From Polyangia bacterium (GTDB lineage: Bacteria; Myxococcota_A; Polyangia; JAAYKL01), in assembly GCA_050304755.1 (NCBI GenBank), contig JBNLED010000218.1:18489-82488 (forward strand): a stretch of DNA of 64,000 bases. Direction: 5' to 3'. Of this stretch, positions 37,931 through 46,630 are shown piece after piece. Positions within the stretch are counted from its first letter, which is position 1. Every line of letters begins with the position of its first letter. The notes beneath the pieces are model-generated. The model was not told where the DNA came from. It was given only the letters and a program-made list of their open reading frames with translations, and did not search any database. The position numbers were made by a program, and so were the translations under genes.

Positions 37931-40879
37931 ATGCGCTTAATCGGCCTTATATTGGGAATCCTTGTCGTGTCCCAAAGCTGTATTTCATGCAAAACGGTGA
38001 CTCACGCGGACGAGGACACTCAGACGGACTCGGAGACCGAGACGGGCGCGCCGGGAACGGGCGACGGCACCGAAGACGCGCCCCCCACCGACGACCGTGA
38101 CTCGGCCACCGAAGCGCCGACCGACCTCCCGTCCGATTCCGACACCCCCTCTTCATGGGGGCGCGACTCGGCGTCCGACACCTGGCCGGAGTCGGACACG
38201 TCGACCGCGGACACCGGGGAGGATACGGAACCCCGAGGCACAGGGGAGGACACGGACCGGGGCACCGGGGAGGACACAGAGCCCGCAGGCACTGGGGAGG
38301 ATACGGAAACCGAGACCGCGTCAACCTGGGAGACGGACACCACCGATGCGATGACCCTCTCCATCGTCCCGCTGGCCGGAACCGAGACATACGCCTACCG
38401 CTATCTCAGCTTCTTCGCCGTTTGCACCACCCTCGACGGAACGCAGGAAGTCCAGCGGGAGTGCACGGATGAGGTGACCTGGCAGAGCTCGGACGAGGAG
38501 ATCGCCGAACCACAGTTCGGCGGAGAGGTTTATACCTGGTCCCTCGGCACGGCGACGATCAGCGCGACCCTCGGCCACGCGTCCGACGAGCTCACCATAT
38601 CCGTCCTCGAGGTGATCGGCGTCCAGGTCACCCCGGAGACGTTGACCGTGCCCCTCAACAGCGCAGATGCCCGATTCCACGCGGACTGCACCCTCTCGAG
38701 CGGCACGGTGGTGCCCTGCACCCAGGAGGGGGTTCAGTGGTCCTCGTCGTCCGAGGAGATCGCCGCCCCGACATCGCTTTTCGAGGGCAGGTTCGACCTC
38801 AAAGCGATCGGCGTGACTGAGATCGTCGCCACCTTCGATGATATCGTCTCCCCCCCCGTTACCCTCACCGTCACCCCGATCACCTGCGACGGCGTCATCG
38901 GTTTTCCGGACAAGGTCCTTCAGCGACATGTGGCCAAGGCCGTCGGTAAGACCGTCGGGAATATCACTATCGACGATGTGATCGATCTGACGGAGCTTCG
39001 GATTGACAACAGCGAGAACCTCGAGAGCGGCGCCCGGGGATTCGCCGTTTCCGATCTCACCGGCATCGAGTGCCTGACCCACCTCGAGACGCTCGTCATC
39101 GACAACCACGAGCTCTACACGGAGTTTCGGATCCTCAACGACGCCACCCCGCTCAAGGCCCTGACCGGGCTCAGGCATCTCGTCCTCACCGGGAACAACC
39201 TCCCGGACATCTCCTTCTTCGCCGGGATGCTCCTCCTCGAGACCCTCGACATCTCCTACAACGGCGTCCAGGACTACAGCCCCCTCGCCGCGCTCTCCAA
39301 TCTGACCGCGCTCGACATCTCGGGGAACCCGATTGATGATATCGGCTTCATCTCCGCGTTCGAGAACCTGACGCGGCTGTCGGCGACGTGTCATCCCCTG
39401 TGGAACCAGAACGAAAACGATTACGCGTCCGTCGCCACGGACTGCCGGAACGGAATCACCGACTACGCCCCGCTCAGGGACCTGACGCGACTGACCGATC
39501 TGAGCCTCTGCTCCAGGACCGTCATCGACGGGGGCGCGCTCGCGGGCCTCGACGCGCTCGTCACCCTGAGCCTTCGCGCCCCGGCTCTCGAGAACCTGTC
39601 GGCCCTCGACGGGGCGGCGGATCTTCGACACCTCGCGTGCGATCTCGGCGACCTCACCGAGCTCCCCTCCCTCGAGGGGCTCACCCAGGTAGAGACTCTC
39701 GATCTGAGCAACAACGCGCTCGAAGACGGCGAGACACTGTCGAACCTCGCCGCCATGACATCCCTCGCGGAGCTGAGCCTGGCGCACAACCGGATCGCCA
39801 CCGCGCCGGATCTCTCGGGGCTCGACCGGCTGGCCGTCCTGAGCCTCTCCGAAAACGTTCTGACGGACACCTCGGGGCTCACCGAGCTCCCGGAATTGGC
39901 GCACCTCGACCTCTCCCACAACCGGCTCGAGGCGCCGCCGGATCTGGCGGCGCCGGAGCAACTCGAATTCCTCGACTTCAGCTTCAACGCGCTCCACGAT
40001 CCCGCCTCCATCGCGTCCATGACCGCCCTGGTGACCCTGGATCTCTCCAACAACCCGCGGACCACCCTGCCGAGCCTCGACGGCCTGGACGACCTGACGG
40101 AGCTCGTCCTCGACGCCACCCAGATCGAGGATCTCTCCCCGGTCTCCGGAATGGAGCGCCTGACCCGCCTCTCGGCGATGAGCTGCGGCCTGGTCGAGCT
40201 GCCCCCGTGGACCGGACTCGACGCCCTCGCCACCCTCGATTTGAGTGACAACCAGCTGAGCGATATCTCCGGCCTCGCGCGCCTGGTCGGCCTCGAAGAG
40301 GTCAACCTCTACCAGAACCGGATCACCGACCTCCCCGACCTCGACGCGCTCGAACACTTGAGGGAGCTCGACCTGAGCTACAATGACATCGCCGATATCA
40401 CCCCCCTCTCGTCGCTCGCCGGGCTCGAGATCCTCGGCGTCGGCGGCAACCGGCTGTCCGAGTCCCCGGATCTCGACGGCTTCGAGCACCTGACGACGCT
40501 CGATATCGCCGGGAACCGTCTCCGGGATCTGTCGGCCTTCTACACCCTGACCCGGCTTCGTCGCCTCGATATCAACAGTAACGACTTTGTCGAAATCGAA
40601 GACATGTCGCCCTTCGCGGCCCTCGAAGAGCTGTCCACGGACAACCTCATCGGCGGCCTGGCGTTCCTGAACGATCTCCCCGAACTCGGGACCCTGTTCA
40701 TCTTCGCGCTCAACGTCCCCCTCACCGACCTCGACGTGCTCGTCGCCCACCCAGGCATCGACGCCGGCGACACGGTATACATCTACAGCCGGCCCCTCGA
40801 CTGCACGGCTCCGGCCCTCCGCGATGATATCGACACGCTGAGCGACAGGGGCGTCACGCTGAACATCACCTGTAACTAG
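37931..40879 (+). CDS. giant surface protein: lipoprotein signal, (TGEDTEP) linker, bacterial Ig-like (Big_2-like) domains, then about 25 LRRs
   Basis: Signal VVSQSCISC, TGEDTEPRGTGEDTDRGTGEDTEPAGTGEDTE repeats, LRR units L..L..LDLS.N.L.D. Ends DCTAPALRDDIDTLSDRGVTLNITCN, similar to the tail of the 18199 LRR protein (LDCDDPVTQGDIAALEDRGVELNHDCQ). Confidence 0.8.
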   Translation: MRLIGLILGILVVSQSCISCKTVTHADEDTQTDSETETGAPGTGDGTEDAPPTDDRDSATEAPTDLPSDSDTPSSWGRDSASDTWPESDTSTADTGEDTEPRGTGEDTDRGTGEDTEPAGTGEDTETETASTWETDTTDAMTLSIVPLAGTETYAYRYLSFFAVCTTLDGTQEVQRECTDEVTWQSSDEEIAEPQFGGEVYTWSLGTATISATLGHASDELTISVLEVIGVQVTPETLTVPLNSADARFHADCTLSSGTVVPCTQEGVQWSSSSEEIAAPTSLFEGRFDLKAIGVTEIVATFDDIVSPPVTLTVTPITCDGVIGFPDKVLQRHVAKAVGKTVGNITIDDVIDLTELRIDNSENLESGARGFAVSDLTGIECLTHLETLVIDNHELYTEFRILNDATPLKALTGLRHLVLTGNNLPDISFFAGMLLLETLDISYNGVQDYSPLAALSNLTALDISGNPIDDIGFISAFENLTRLSATCHPLWNQNENDYASVATDCRNGITDYAPLRDLTRLTDLSLCSRTVIDGGALAGLDALVTLSLRAPALENLSALDGAADLRHLACDLGDLTELPSLEGLTQVETLDLSNNALEDGETLSNLAAMTSLAELSLAHNRIATAPDLSGLDRLAVLSLSENVLTDTSGLTELPELAHLDLSHNRLEAPPDLAAPEQLEFLDFSFNALHDPASIASMTALVTLDLSNNPRTTLPSLDGLDDLTELVLDATQIEDLSPVSGMERLTRLSAMSCGLVELPPWTGLDALATLDLSDNQLSDISGLARLVGLEEVNLYQNRITDLPDLDALEHLRELDLSYNDIADITPLSSLAGLEILGVGGNRLSESPDLDGFEHLTTLDIAGNRLRDLSAFYTLTRLRRLDINSNDFVEIEDMSPFAALEELSTDNLIGGLAFLNDLPELGTLFIFALNVPLTDLDVLVAHPGIDAGDTVYIYSRPLDCTAPALRDDIDTLSDRGVTLNITCN

Positions 40880-40924
40880 AGTCTCGGGTCAAAATATAGC
40901 TTCCAATCTGGCAATTGCTGTGCC

Positions 40925-41200
40925 CGTCCGGCAAGAACTTTAGGGACGGAGACAGCTGCTTCATCCGCTTCAAGGACTACAAGAGGAACTTTGGGGACGG
41001 AGGCAGCGAACTGCGGAACTTTGGGGAACTTTTGGGACGGAGGCCGCTGGGAACTTTAGGGACGGAGACAGCTGGACCAGAACTTTGGGCCGGCAGGGTC
41101 CGATTGCGTCGTCTGATGGATGCGATCAATCCGTCGCCACCTCCGGGGCTCTCCATGGCCTCCGTCCCTACATTCCCGTCCCCGTCCAAGCCGCAGTAAC
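40925..41200 (+). repeat. array of 4-5 GAACTTTRGGGACGGAGRC units plus CAATCCGTCGCCACC, inverted relative to the array at 43381..43607
   Basis: Direct visual alignment of the units. Shares the GGGACGGAGG core and the CAATCCGTCGCCACC block with the downstream cluster in opposite orientation. Confidence 0.6.
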
Positions 41201-41370
41201 CCCACCGGGTGTCAAGGCGGTTTACACAACGTAAGCCGTCGTTTCATCAAAGACGGGCTGCTTCTGCCCGCCGGAGCAACGAAGATCCGAGTCATTTGGT
41301 GTTGATGCCGGCGCCGGCGCCTCCTGGTGTCTCCGTTGCATCCGAATGGAGACGAAAGGAGGACAGCGCA

Positions 41371-42192
41371 ATGATGAGAGCAAGCCGCCGTTCGGTCATA
41401 TCGGTCCTGGCGCTGATGATGTTGAGCCCCGTACCGGCGTCGTCGGAACCCCTCCCCGGGACGTTCGACGACAACCGCGCCGCCGCCCGGATTCGGGAGA
41501 TCGCCGACGCGTTCTATCCGAACTACGACGCGGGGCTGTGCCCCTATTACGGCCGGATCTGGAAGGATGAGTACGCGACGAAGCAGACCTTCGGGGATAC
41601 CGGAACGACGGTCTGGAGACACTACACCGAGGCCCTGGCGGCCGCGGGGCTCTCCCCGGAGCGGCTAGACTGCACCCTATACGCCAAGGAGATCCTCAAG
41701 GCGGGGCTCCACCGGCGGGACTACCGGCGGCTCTGGCGGGAGCACCACAAGATATGGAAGGATGACGGGTTCTCGGGCTGGAGCGTCGGGTACCTCCTCA
41801 CCGAGAAGTTCGGCTGGCGGGCCTACGCCGTCATCGATCCGGAGGCGCCGGACTACGCCTACTACACGAGCTTCTTCGAGAACCGGAACGAATACCCGGT
41901 GTGGCGGCAGCCCAACATCCCCATCGCGGGGTACTTCATCGCGGGCAGGGACGACTCGGCCATCGAGGCGCTGCTCCGCCGACATCCCTTCGGCTGGGGC
42001 TTCAGCGAGGGGGGGATCCACACCTGGATCACCCAGGGGACGGACCTCAGGGAGTGTCACTTCGACAGCGGCCCCTCGAGGCGCTACGACGCCGACAAGC
42101 CCTACCGCCTGCTGGAGTCCACCCGCTTCATCCGCTTCAACGACTACAACGTCCACCTGGTGGTCTTCCCCCCGGAAGCCGATCCGCAGTGA
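41371..42192 (+). CDS. secreted hypothetical protein (Trp/Tyr-rich; conserved-looking Cys, His, Asp could form a papain/transglutaminase-like triad)
   Basis: AGGAGG RBS. Signal SVISVLALMMLSPVPASS. No recognisable family. Confidence 0.6.
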   Translation: MMRASRRSVISVLALMMLSPVPASSEPLPGTFDDNRAAARIREIADAFYPNYDAGLCPYYGRIWKDEYATKQTFGDTGTTVWRHYTEALAAAGLSPERLDCTLYAKEILKAGLHRRDYRRLWREHHKIWKDDGFSGWSVGYLLTEKFGWRAYAVIDPEAPDYAYYTSFFENRNEYPVWRQPNIPIAGYFIAGRDDSAIEALLRRHPFGWGFSEGGIHTWITQGTDLRECHFDSGPSRRYDADKPYRLLESTRFIRFNDYNVHLVVFPPEADPQ

Positions 42193-42229
42193 CCGAACCG
42201 CCCCTGTCGTAAAGAAATCCCCATCAATA
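42186..42229 (+). repeat. 44-bp direct repeat copy 1 (GCAGTGACCGAACCGCCCCTGTCGTAAAGAAATCCCCATCAATA), covers the stop codon of 41371..42192
   Basis: Second copy at 43611..43654 with 1 mismatch. Brackets the transposase and its REP array. Confidence 0.8.
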
Positions 42230-42565
42230 CGGATGGGGACGGGGGAATGCCCCGTGCCTCGAGGACGGCGCCTTTGTCGTCTCCGGTCAGGCGCATCCGG
42301 GGGACATCTTCGGTCGTGGCGAGCCCGGGGAGACGGTGCTCTATGCCGACAGCTTTCCCGGCGAGCCGGGGATCCTGATGCATTTTTCGCTGAGTACCGT
42401 AACGACGGTACCCTGTCAGGGGAGAGAGGACACCCGTTCAGAGCGGCGAAAACGCAGTGGCGGCCCGGCCGGCTTTTCAGGGTCAAAACGGGTTGACGAA
42501 AAGCGAGGGACACCTGGAACGCAGGCGGCGCCAGCGACCGTGATCAGGTTACAGCAGTTGACTTA

Positions 42566-43291
42566 TCACTTCTTGGAGACCCCGGCGTCCGGATCCCCTC
42601 GGGAACAGGGGAGGACCGACAAGCCGTCAGTTTCAATTGTGGCGCCCAGAGGCGTCTCGCCCCGTTCCGATGGTCGGTCGTCGATCAGGCCGTTCTTCCT
42701 GAGATACTCGTCGCAGAGCTCGCGGTACCGCTTCTGTCTTTCTGCAGCGCTCTTTCCGAGGGAGAGGTATTCCCGCGGCATCGTGAGCATCCCAGTGAAC
42801 CACGACTTCTTGCCGTTGGCGTAGAACTGGTACGTGGAGTAGGCGTAGCGCGACGGATGGCTCACCATCCCGGCGCGGACGGGATTGGCGTCACCGTAGA
42901 ACATCACCTCGAGCAGCCTCCCCTTGGCATCGATCTCTTTTGTTTTGGGGCGGTCATAGGCCACCTTGCCCTGTCTTCGGTGTCGGCGGTTGTATCCGGC
43001 GCCGAACCGAGAATGGGCGTTTCGCATCCAGTTGCCGAAGGCCTTCAGGCAATCCTCGAGGGGGTGATTGGCGTAGTCGAGCTGTCCGGTCTCATGGGGG
43101 TGGTTGCTCATGATGCAGAAGGAGAAGAAGCGCACGAACTGCAGTATACCGGGGGTCAGGGTTTTTTGGAGGCTGGCCAGGTAGGCGTTTTTGTCCTCGC
43201 TGGATTCGAGGACCCTCTCGCGATTATGTCCCCGCCACATCTTGTGAAAGATGCCGGTGGTACGGATGGTATCGCGTCGGGCCCGTCTCAT
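42566..43291 (-). CDS. IS200/IS605-family (RayT-like) HuH Y1 transposase
   Basis: HPH (HuH) motif in CIMSNHPHETGQ, C-terminal Tyr region YAYSTYQFY, ~240 aa. The annotated ORF's N-terminal 96 aa merely translate the REP array (IGGTEVP repeats) and were trimmed. Confidence 0.7.
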   Translation of the reverse strand: MRRARRDTIRTTGIFHKMWRGHNRERVLESSEDKNAYLASLQKTLTPGILQFVRFFSFCIMSNHPHETGQLDYANHPLEDCLKAFGNWMRNAHSRFGAGYNRRHRRQGKVAYDRPKTKEIDAKGRLLEVMFYGDANPVRAGMVSHPSRYAYSTYQFYANGKKSWFTGMLTMPREYLSLGKSAAERQKRYRELCDEYLRKNGLIDDRPSERGETPLGATIETDGLSVLPCSRGDPDAGVSKK

Positions 43292-43380
43292 GCGGAGGAT
43301 GAGGAGCAAGAAGCCTGCCAAAAGTCGATTCGTGACATTACAGAGAGTTAGCCGATAAATCGCTGAAAAGGGCGGCGACG

Positions 43381-43607
43381 AGAACAGTGCTACACCGCCA
43401 GAGGGCCAATCCGTCGCCACCCTTGGGACCTCCGTCCCTCCGATCTTCTCCAACCCTGCTCCGATCTCTGGGACCTCCGTCCCTCCGATTTCCGATCTTC
43501 GATCTCTTGGGACCTCCGTCCCTCCGATCTCGATCTCTTGGGGACCTCCGTCCCTCCAACCCTCCTCAACCCTCCTCAACCCTCCGGCCTCCGTCCCTCT
43601 CCGATCT
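43381..43607 (+). repeat. REP-like palindromic unit array (4x TTGGGACCTCCGTCCCTCCGATCT plus degenerate copies)
   Basis: GGGAC-CTCC-GTCCC is an imperfect palindrome (hairpin). Lies immediately 5' of the Y1 transposase and is the reverse complement of the 40925..41200 array core. Confidence 0.7.
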
Positions 43608-43610
43608 CTC

Positions 43611-43654
43611 GCAGTGACCGAACCGCCCCTGTCGTAAAGAAATTCCCATCAATA
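43611..43654 (+). repeat. 44-bp direct repeat copy 2
   Basis: See 42186..42229. Confidence 0.8.
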
Positions 43655-43730
43655 TATCAGGAATATAACGGTGGTCATGGGATGGGTTCCGCTGCATCCA
43701 CTTGTTCGACTTTGAAAAGTCACGACGGGC

Positions 43731-44255
43731 TCAGTGCTCGACCGTCGACGCGACCGTCGGCACCCCCCGGGTGGCCGGGATCTCTCCTTGCCCCACCACC
43801 GCGATCTTGAGGGGGGACGGGGGGGCGCCGAGCAGGAGCGTCTTGTCCGTCGGGGTTCCCGTTATCTGACCGCGGGCTATGACCACGTCACCGGGACGGA
43901 GATACGCCACGAAGAATCTCCGCTTCTTGTTCCCCTTGACCAGCCCCGAATCCTGGTGCAGCCCCTTGGGCTTGACCTGCTCGCCGGAGGCGGTGACCTG
44001 AATGCATCCCGTGTCGTCCGCGATGGTGAACTCGGCACAGCGAACCTCGAAGGTCTCGGGAAACCAGAGCGGCCGCCCCTGTCCGCGCGCCCCTTTCTTG
44101 AAGCGCTCCTCCATCAGCGAGTAAAACACGCACCCCATTCCGGTCGGCGGGATCTTGAGGCAGCGGTCGCACTGAACCACCCCTCTGATTGTACGGGTGC
44201 TCCCGGGAACGAGGTCCCCGATGTCGGTTTTCTTGTGAAGCCACGGCAAAAACAT
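43731..44255 (-). CDS. hypothetical protein (174 aa, C..C/GMGC cysteine pairs; no family recognised)
   Basis: 41 bp downstream of the HPF-like gene on the same strand, so a likely two-gene operon. Confidence 0.5.
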   Translation of the reverse strand: MFLPWLHKKTDIGDLVPGSTRTIRGVVQCDRCLKIPPTGMGCVFYSLMEERFKKGARGQGRPLWFPETFEVRCAEFTIADDTGCIQVTASGEQVKPKGLHQDSGLVKGNKKRRFFVAYLRPGDVVIARGQITGTPTDKTLLLGAPPSPLKIAVVGQGEIPATRGVPTVASTVEH

Positions 44256-44296
44256 TCAAGCCTCCGACGGTTTGGTGTGATCTGTCCCCTACCGAC

Positions 44297-44680
44297 TTAC
44301 TGGACTACCGATACCTCTGCAAGCCGTAAAGGGACTTTCATGAGAGCCCTGCCCCGGTTCTTTTGGAGGTGCTGATCCACCGCAAGGCTCGCCGCGTGGA
44401 ACGCCCGGCGGAGGGCGACGATGGCGTTGTCGTCCTCTTCCATGCCGTCCACCGCCTTGGTGACGATGATGTCGAGGTCCGGGGCGAAGACGCTCACCTG
44501 CGCGCGGACCTGATTGCCGCGCTGACGTCGCAGGTTCGGGACGTCGAGTTGGATCTTGAACCCCTCGATACCGGGATGCCGTCTCTGTATCCGTCCGGTC
44601 TCCTCGTCGATGATTTCGAGGAGGGGGTTGGGAGAGCTGATGTGCCGAAAGTGAGTGGCAATATTTCTTCTCATTTTCAT
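44297..44680 (-). CDS. possible ribosome hibernation factor / RaiA (YfiA/HPF short-form)-like protein
   Basis: GGAGG RBS then ATGAAAATG. ~128 aa. The C-terminal half AQVSVFAPDLDIIVTKAV...DNAIVALRRAFHAASLAVDQHLQK aligns by eye to HPF (ATLHVNGGEIHASAE.QDMYAAIDGLIDKLARQL.K). Tentative. Confidence 0.45.
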   Translation of the reverse strand: MKMRRNIATHFRHISSPNPLLEIIDEETGRIQRRHPGIEGFKIQLDVPNLRRQRGNQVRAQVSVFAPDLDIIVTKAVDGMEEDDNAIVALRRAFHAASLAVDQHLQKNRGRALMKVPLRLAEVSVVQ

Positions 44681-44759
44681 ACCTCCGTTGACGCATTTGG
44701 GCGCCGGATAGCGGACGAGGTCGCTGGGCGGCGCTTCGTCCATTGATGTGTCTCTCTCG

Positions 44760-45116
44760 TCAGACAGACACGGGGGTCGGAGGACTGTGCTTCGGGGCGG
44801 TCAGGAGCGGGGAACGCCGCGGTCTCGCGCCGGCCGCGGAAACGGCGCAATCCGCATTCGGCACAACGCAGCAACGGTCATCAGCGGGGGGGGAGTCGAC
44901 AGATGGACTGAAGCGCTGAGCCTCGTCGTCGGAGGTCTCCGCCGAAACGGCGAGCCGGTGGTCACGATATGACGGGCTGGCGGGATGACCGTCGAAGCCG
45001 CGGCGAAGCTGTTTACGGGGGGTGTCCCGCGATTCCTTCCCTGAGGCGCCTTCGGTCGTAAGCAGAACCCCGACGGTCATCAACAGGCTCCAGGTTGTCC
45101 AAGCAAATCGCATCAT
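44760..45116 (-). CDS. possible small secreted protein
   Basis: Signal-like MMRFAWTTWSLLMTVGVLLTTEGA, weak RBS. Could be a frame artifact. Confidence 0.25.
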   Translation of the reverse strand: MMRFAWTTWSLLMTVGVLLTTEGASGKESRDTPRKQLRRGFDGHPASPSYRDHRLAVSAETSDDEAQRFSPSVDSPPADDRCCVVPNADCAVSAAGARPRRSPLLTAPKHSPPTPVSV

Positions 45117-45249
45117 CTCGCTTCCCCTTCGGAGGGGGGAACCCCTGAGGTGCCGAATTCATTCCGCGCCATCGAGGAAAAGATGAGAAAAACCGGTTTT
45201 GGTGGAATAGGGACGGTGGCGCGCGGGTTTCCTCCACGGAGAGTGACTC

Positions 45250-45618
45250 GTGATTTACCCCGAATCCCAGAAGTGTACATTCTACACGCCGTTCCTGGCG
45301 ATGACGGGGCTGATGGGGGTTCTGTCCTGCGGATGGCGTCAGGGATCGGAATCACAAGACGCCGCCAACGGACGCCTCCGGAGCACCCCCGTCGCCGTCA
45401 CCGGCGCCGTCCTCCCTGTGGAGGAGGAGCCCCCCTTCGTCGACAGCGTCGCCGTCGGGATGGACACGGGGGGCAGGTTCCTGTGCTCTTTCGAGCCGGT
45501 CATGTGGTCCGCGCCCCCCGGCCCCCGCCGAGCCTTCCGCTTTACTGATGCGATTGCCGTCGCGCCCAAGCAGAGCCCCCCGGCGCCCCCTCACTCATTG
45601 ATGCAGCAAAGGATCTGA
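45250..45618 (+). CDS. possible small lipoprotein
   Basis: LMGVLSCGW lipobox-like. Overlaps antisense ORFs; weak support. Confidence 0.2.
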   Translation: MIYPESQKCTFYTPFLAMTGLMGVLSCGWRQGSESQDAANGRLRSTPVAVTGAVLPVEEEPPFVDSVAVGMDTGGRFLCSFEPVMWSAPPGPRRAFRFTDAIAVAPKQSPPAPPHSLMQQRI

Positions 45619-45671
45619 ACAATGACAGGAAGGGGGCCAAGCCCCGCCTTCCGGAGTGAAAGGGGAAATAT

Positions 45672-46301
45672 ATGAATAACTCCAAGAACAAGCTGCTGGC
45701 GTGCCTCGCCGGCGCGACCCTAACCGTGTCGTCCGGGGGGACGGAGGCGGCACAGAACAGTCTGACCGAGGTGCCGGAGGAGCTTATCGGCGGCGGCGAC
45801 ACCGACGGAGATCTCCTGCGGGATCGCGAGTGGGCGGCCTCGACCGTTCCCGCCATCAACCCGGATCTGGATATCCTGACCCACGCGCGCCGCTCACTCC
45901 CCTGGGAGAACCTGGAGACGCTCCTGATGATGGTGGCCGATGAAGCCCCTGAATCCCTCGAGGGCGTTGAGCGGATCTTGGTCGCGGCGCTGAAGGCGAG
46001 CGGCGGAATCACCCGAACGCGGGTGATCTCGGAGTGGGCGTTGTCCCTGTCCGATGCCAGACGGACCACCGTCGCCAGAGCGCTGGCCCATGACTTCTTC
46101 TGCCTCGGCGCCGACATCGCGGCGGCCCACCTCGCCGCCGATTCGAATCGCGAGGTCCGCCGAGCGGTGGTCGATATCGCCGGGGCGCGGATGAGAGAGT
46201 ATCCCGAGCACTACAGGGGGATCCTTCATGAATTGTCCGATGATCCGGACGCGCAGATCCGCGCCGCCGCCAGGGCGGTTCTGAGAACAACGTCACACTA
46301 A
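45672..46301 (+). CDS. secreted HEAT/PBS-lyase-like repeat protein
   Basis: Signal KLLACLAGATLTVSSGG. Repeated ..AR..A...L......R....A...A helical motifs (NREVRRAVVDIAGA, DAQIRAAAARAV). Confidence 0.65.
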   Translation: MNNSKNKLLACLAGATLTVSSGGTEAAQNSLTEVPEELIGGGDTDGDLLRDREWAASTVPAINPDLDILTHARRSLPWENLETLLMMVADEAPESLEGVERILVAALKASGGITRTRVISEWALSLSDARRTTVARALAHDFFCLGADIAAAHLAADSNREVRRAVVDIAGARMREYPEHYRGILHELSDDPDAQIRAAARAVLRTTSH

Positions 46302-46302
46302 T

Positions 46303-46583
46303 CCCGAGATCCCCAGCAGAGATCCTCACCCGAGTTATCCTTTATCTTTTAATTTAAAGGAGTTATAACTTTCTAGAAAACTTTTGGTCCTCTTCGTCCG
46401 ATAGGGAGGGCATGACACTGCCAAAACAAGGGCCGTGATGTAACGCCACACCGACAAAATCCGACCTGCGACCATCGGGAATAGGCTGATCGAGGGCTCG
46501 CAAAAGAATCGGCCGGGACTCAGAAAGGCGACGTCAACATTTCAACCCGGGTGGGGATTTTCTCAACCCGGGTGGGGATTTTC
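46303..46583 (+). mobile_element. MITE-like element copy A (degenerate left end, duplicated right TIR AACCCGGGTGGGGATTTT)
   Basis: Shares ~100 bp left and ~90 bp right blocks with copy B, including the GGTCCTCTTCGTCCGATAGGGAGGGCATGACACTGCCAAAACAA core. Confidence 0.6.
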
Positions 46584-46630
46584 TGATAGTGAATATATAG
46601 GATGTTACGCATTATCGGGAGAATGCTACT

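Larger units (their letters stand above)
42230..43610 (-). mobile_element. REP-associated Y1 transposase insertion (REPtron-like): non-coding 336 bp, transposase gene, REP-hairpin array
   Basis: Bounded by the 44-bp direct repeats. Contains an IS200/RayT-like tnpA and a GGGACCTCCGTCCC hairpin array. Confidence 0.55.

Noticed and set aside
43292-43579. N-terminal 96 aa of the annotated transposase ORF (IGGTEVP repeats)
   Set aside because: This merely translates the REP hairpin array. The transposase domain starts at the internal Met (43291).
46381-46430. Sigma-54 promoter-like TGGCAG-N5-TGC on the reverse strand of the MITE core
   Set aside because: The GG/GC spacing is off by one relative to the -24/-12 consensus. 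No strong support.
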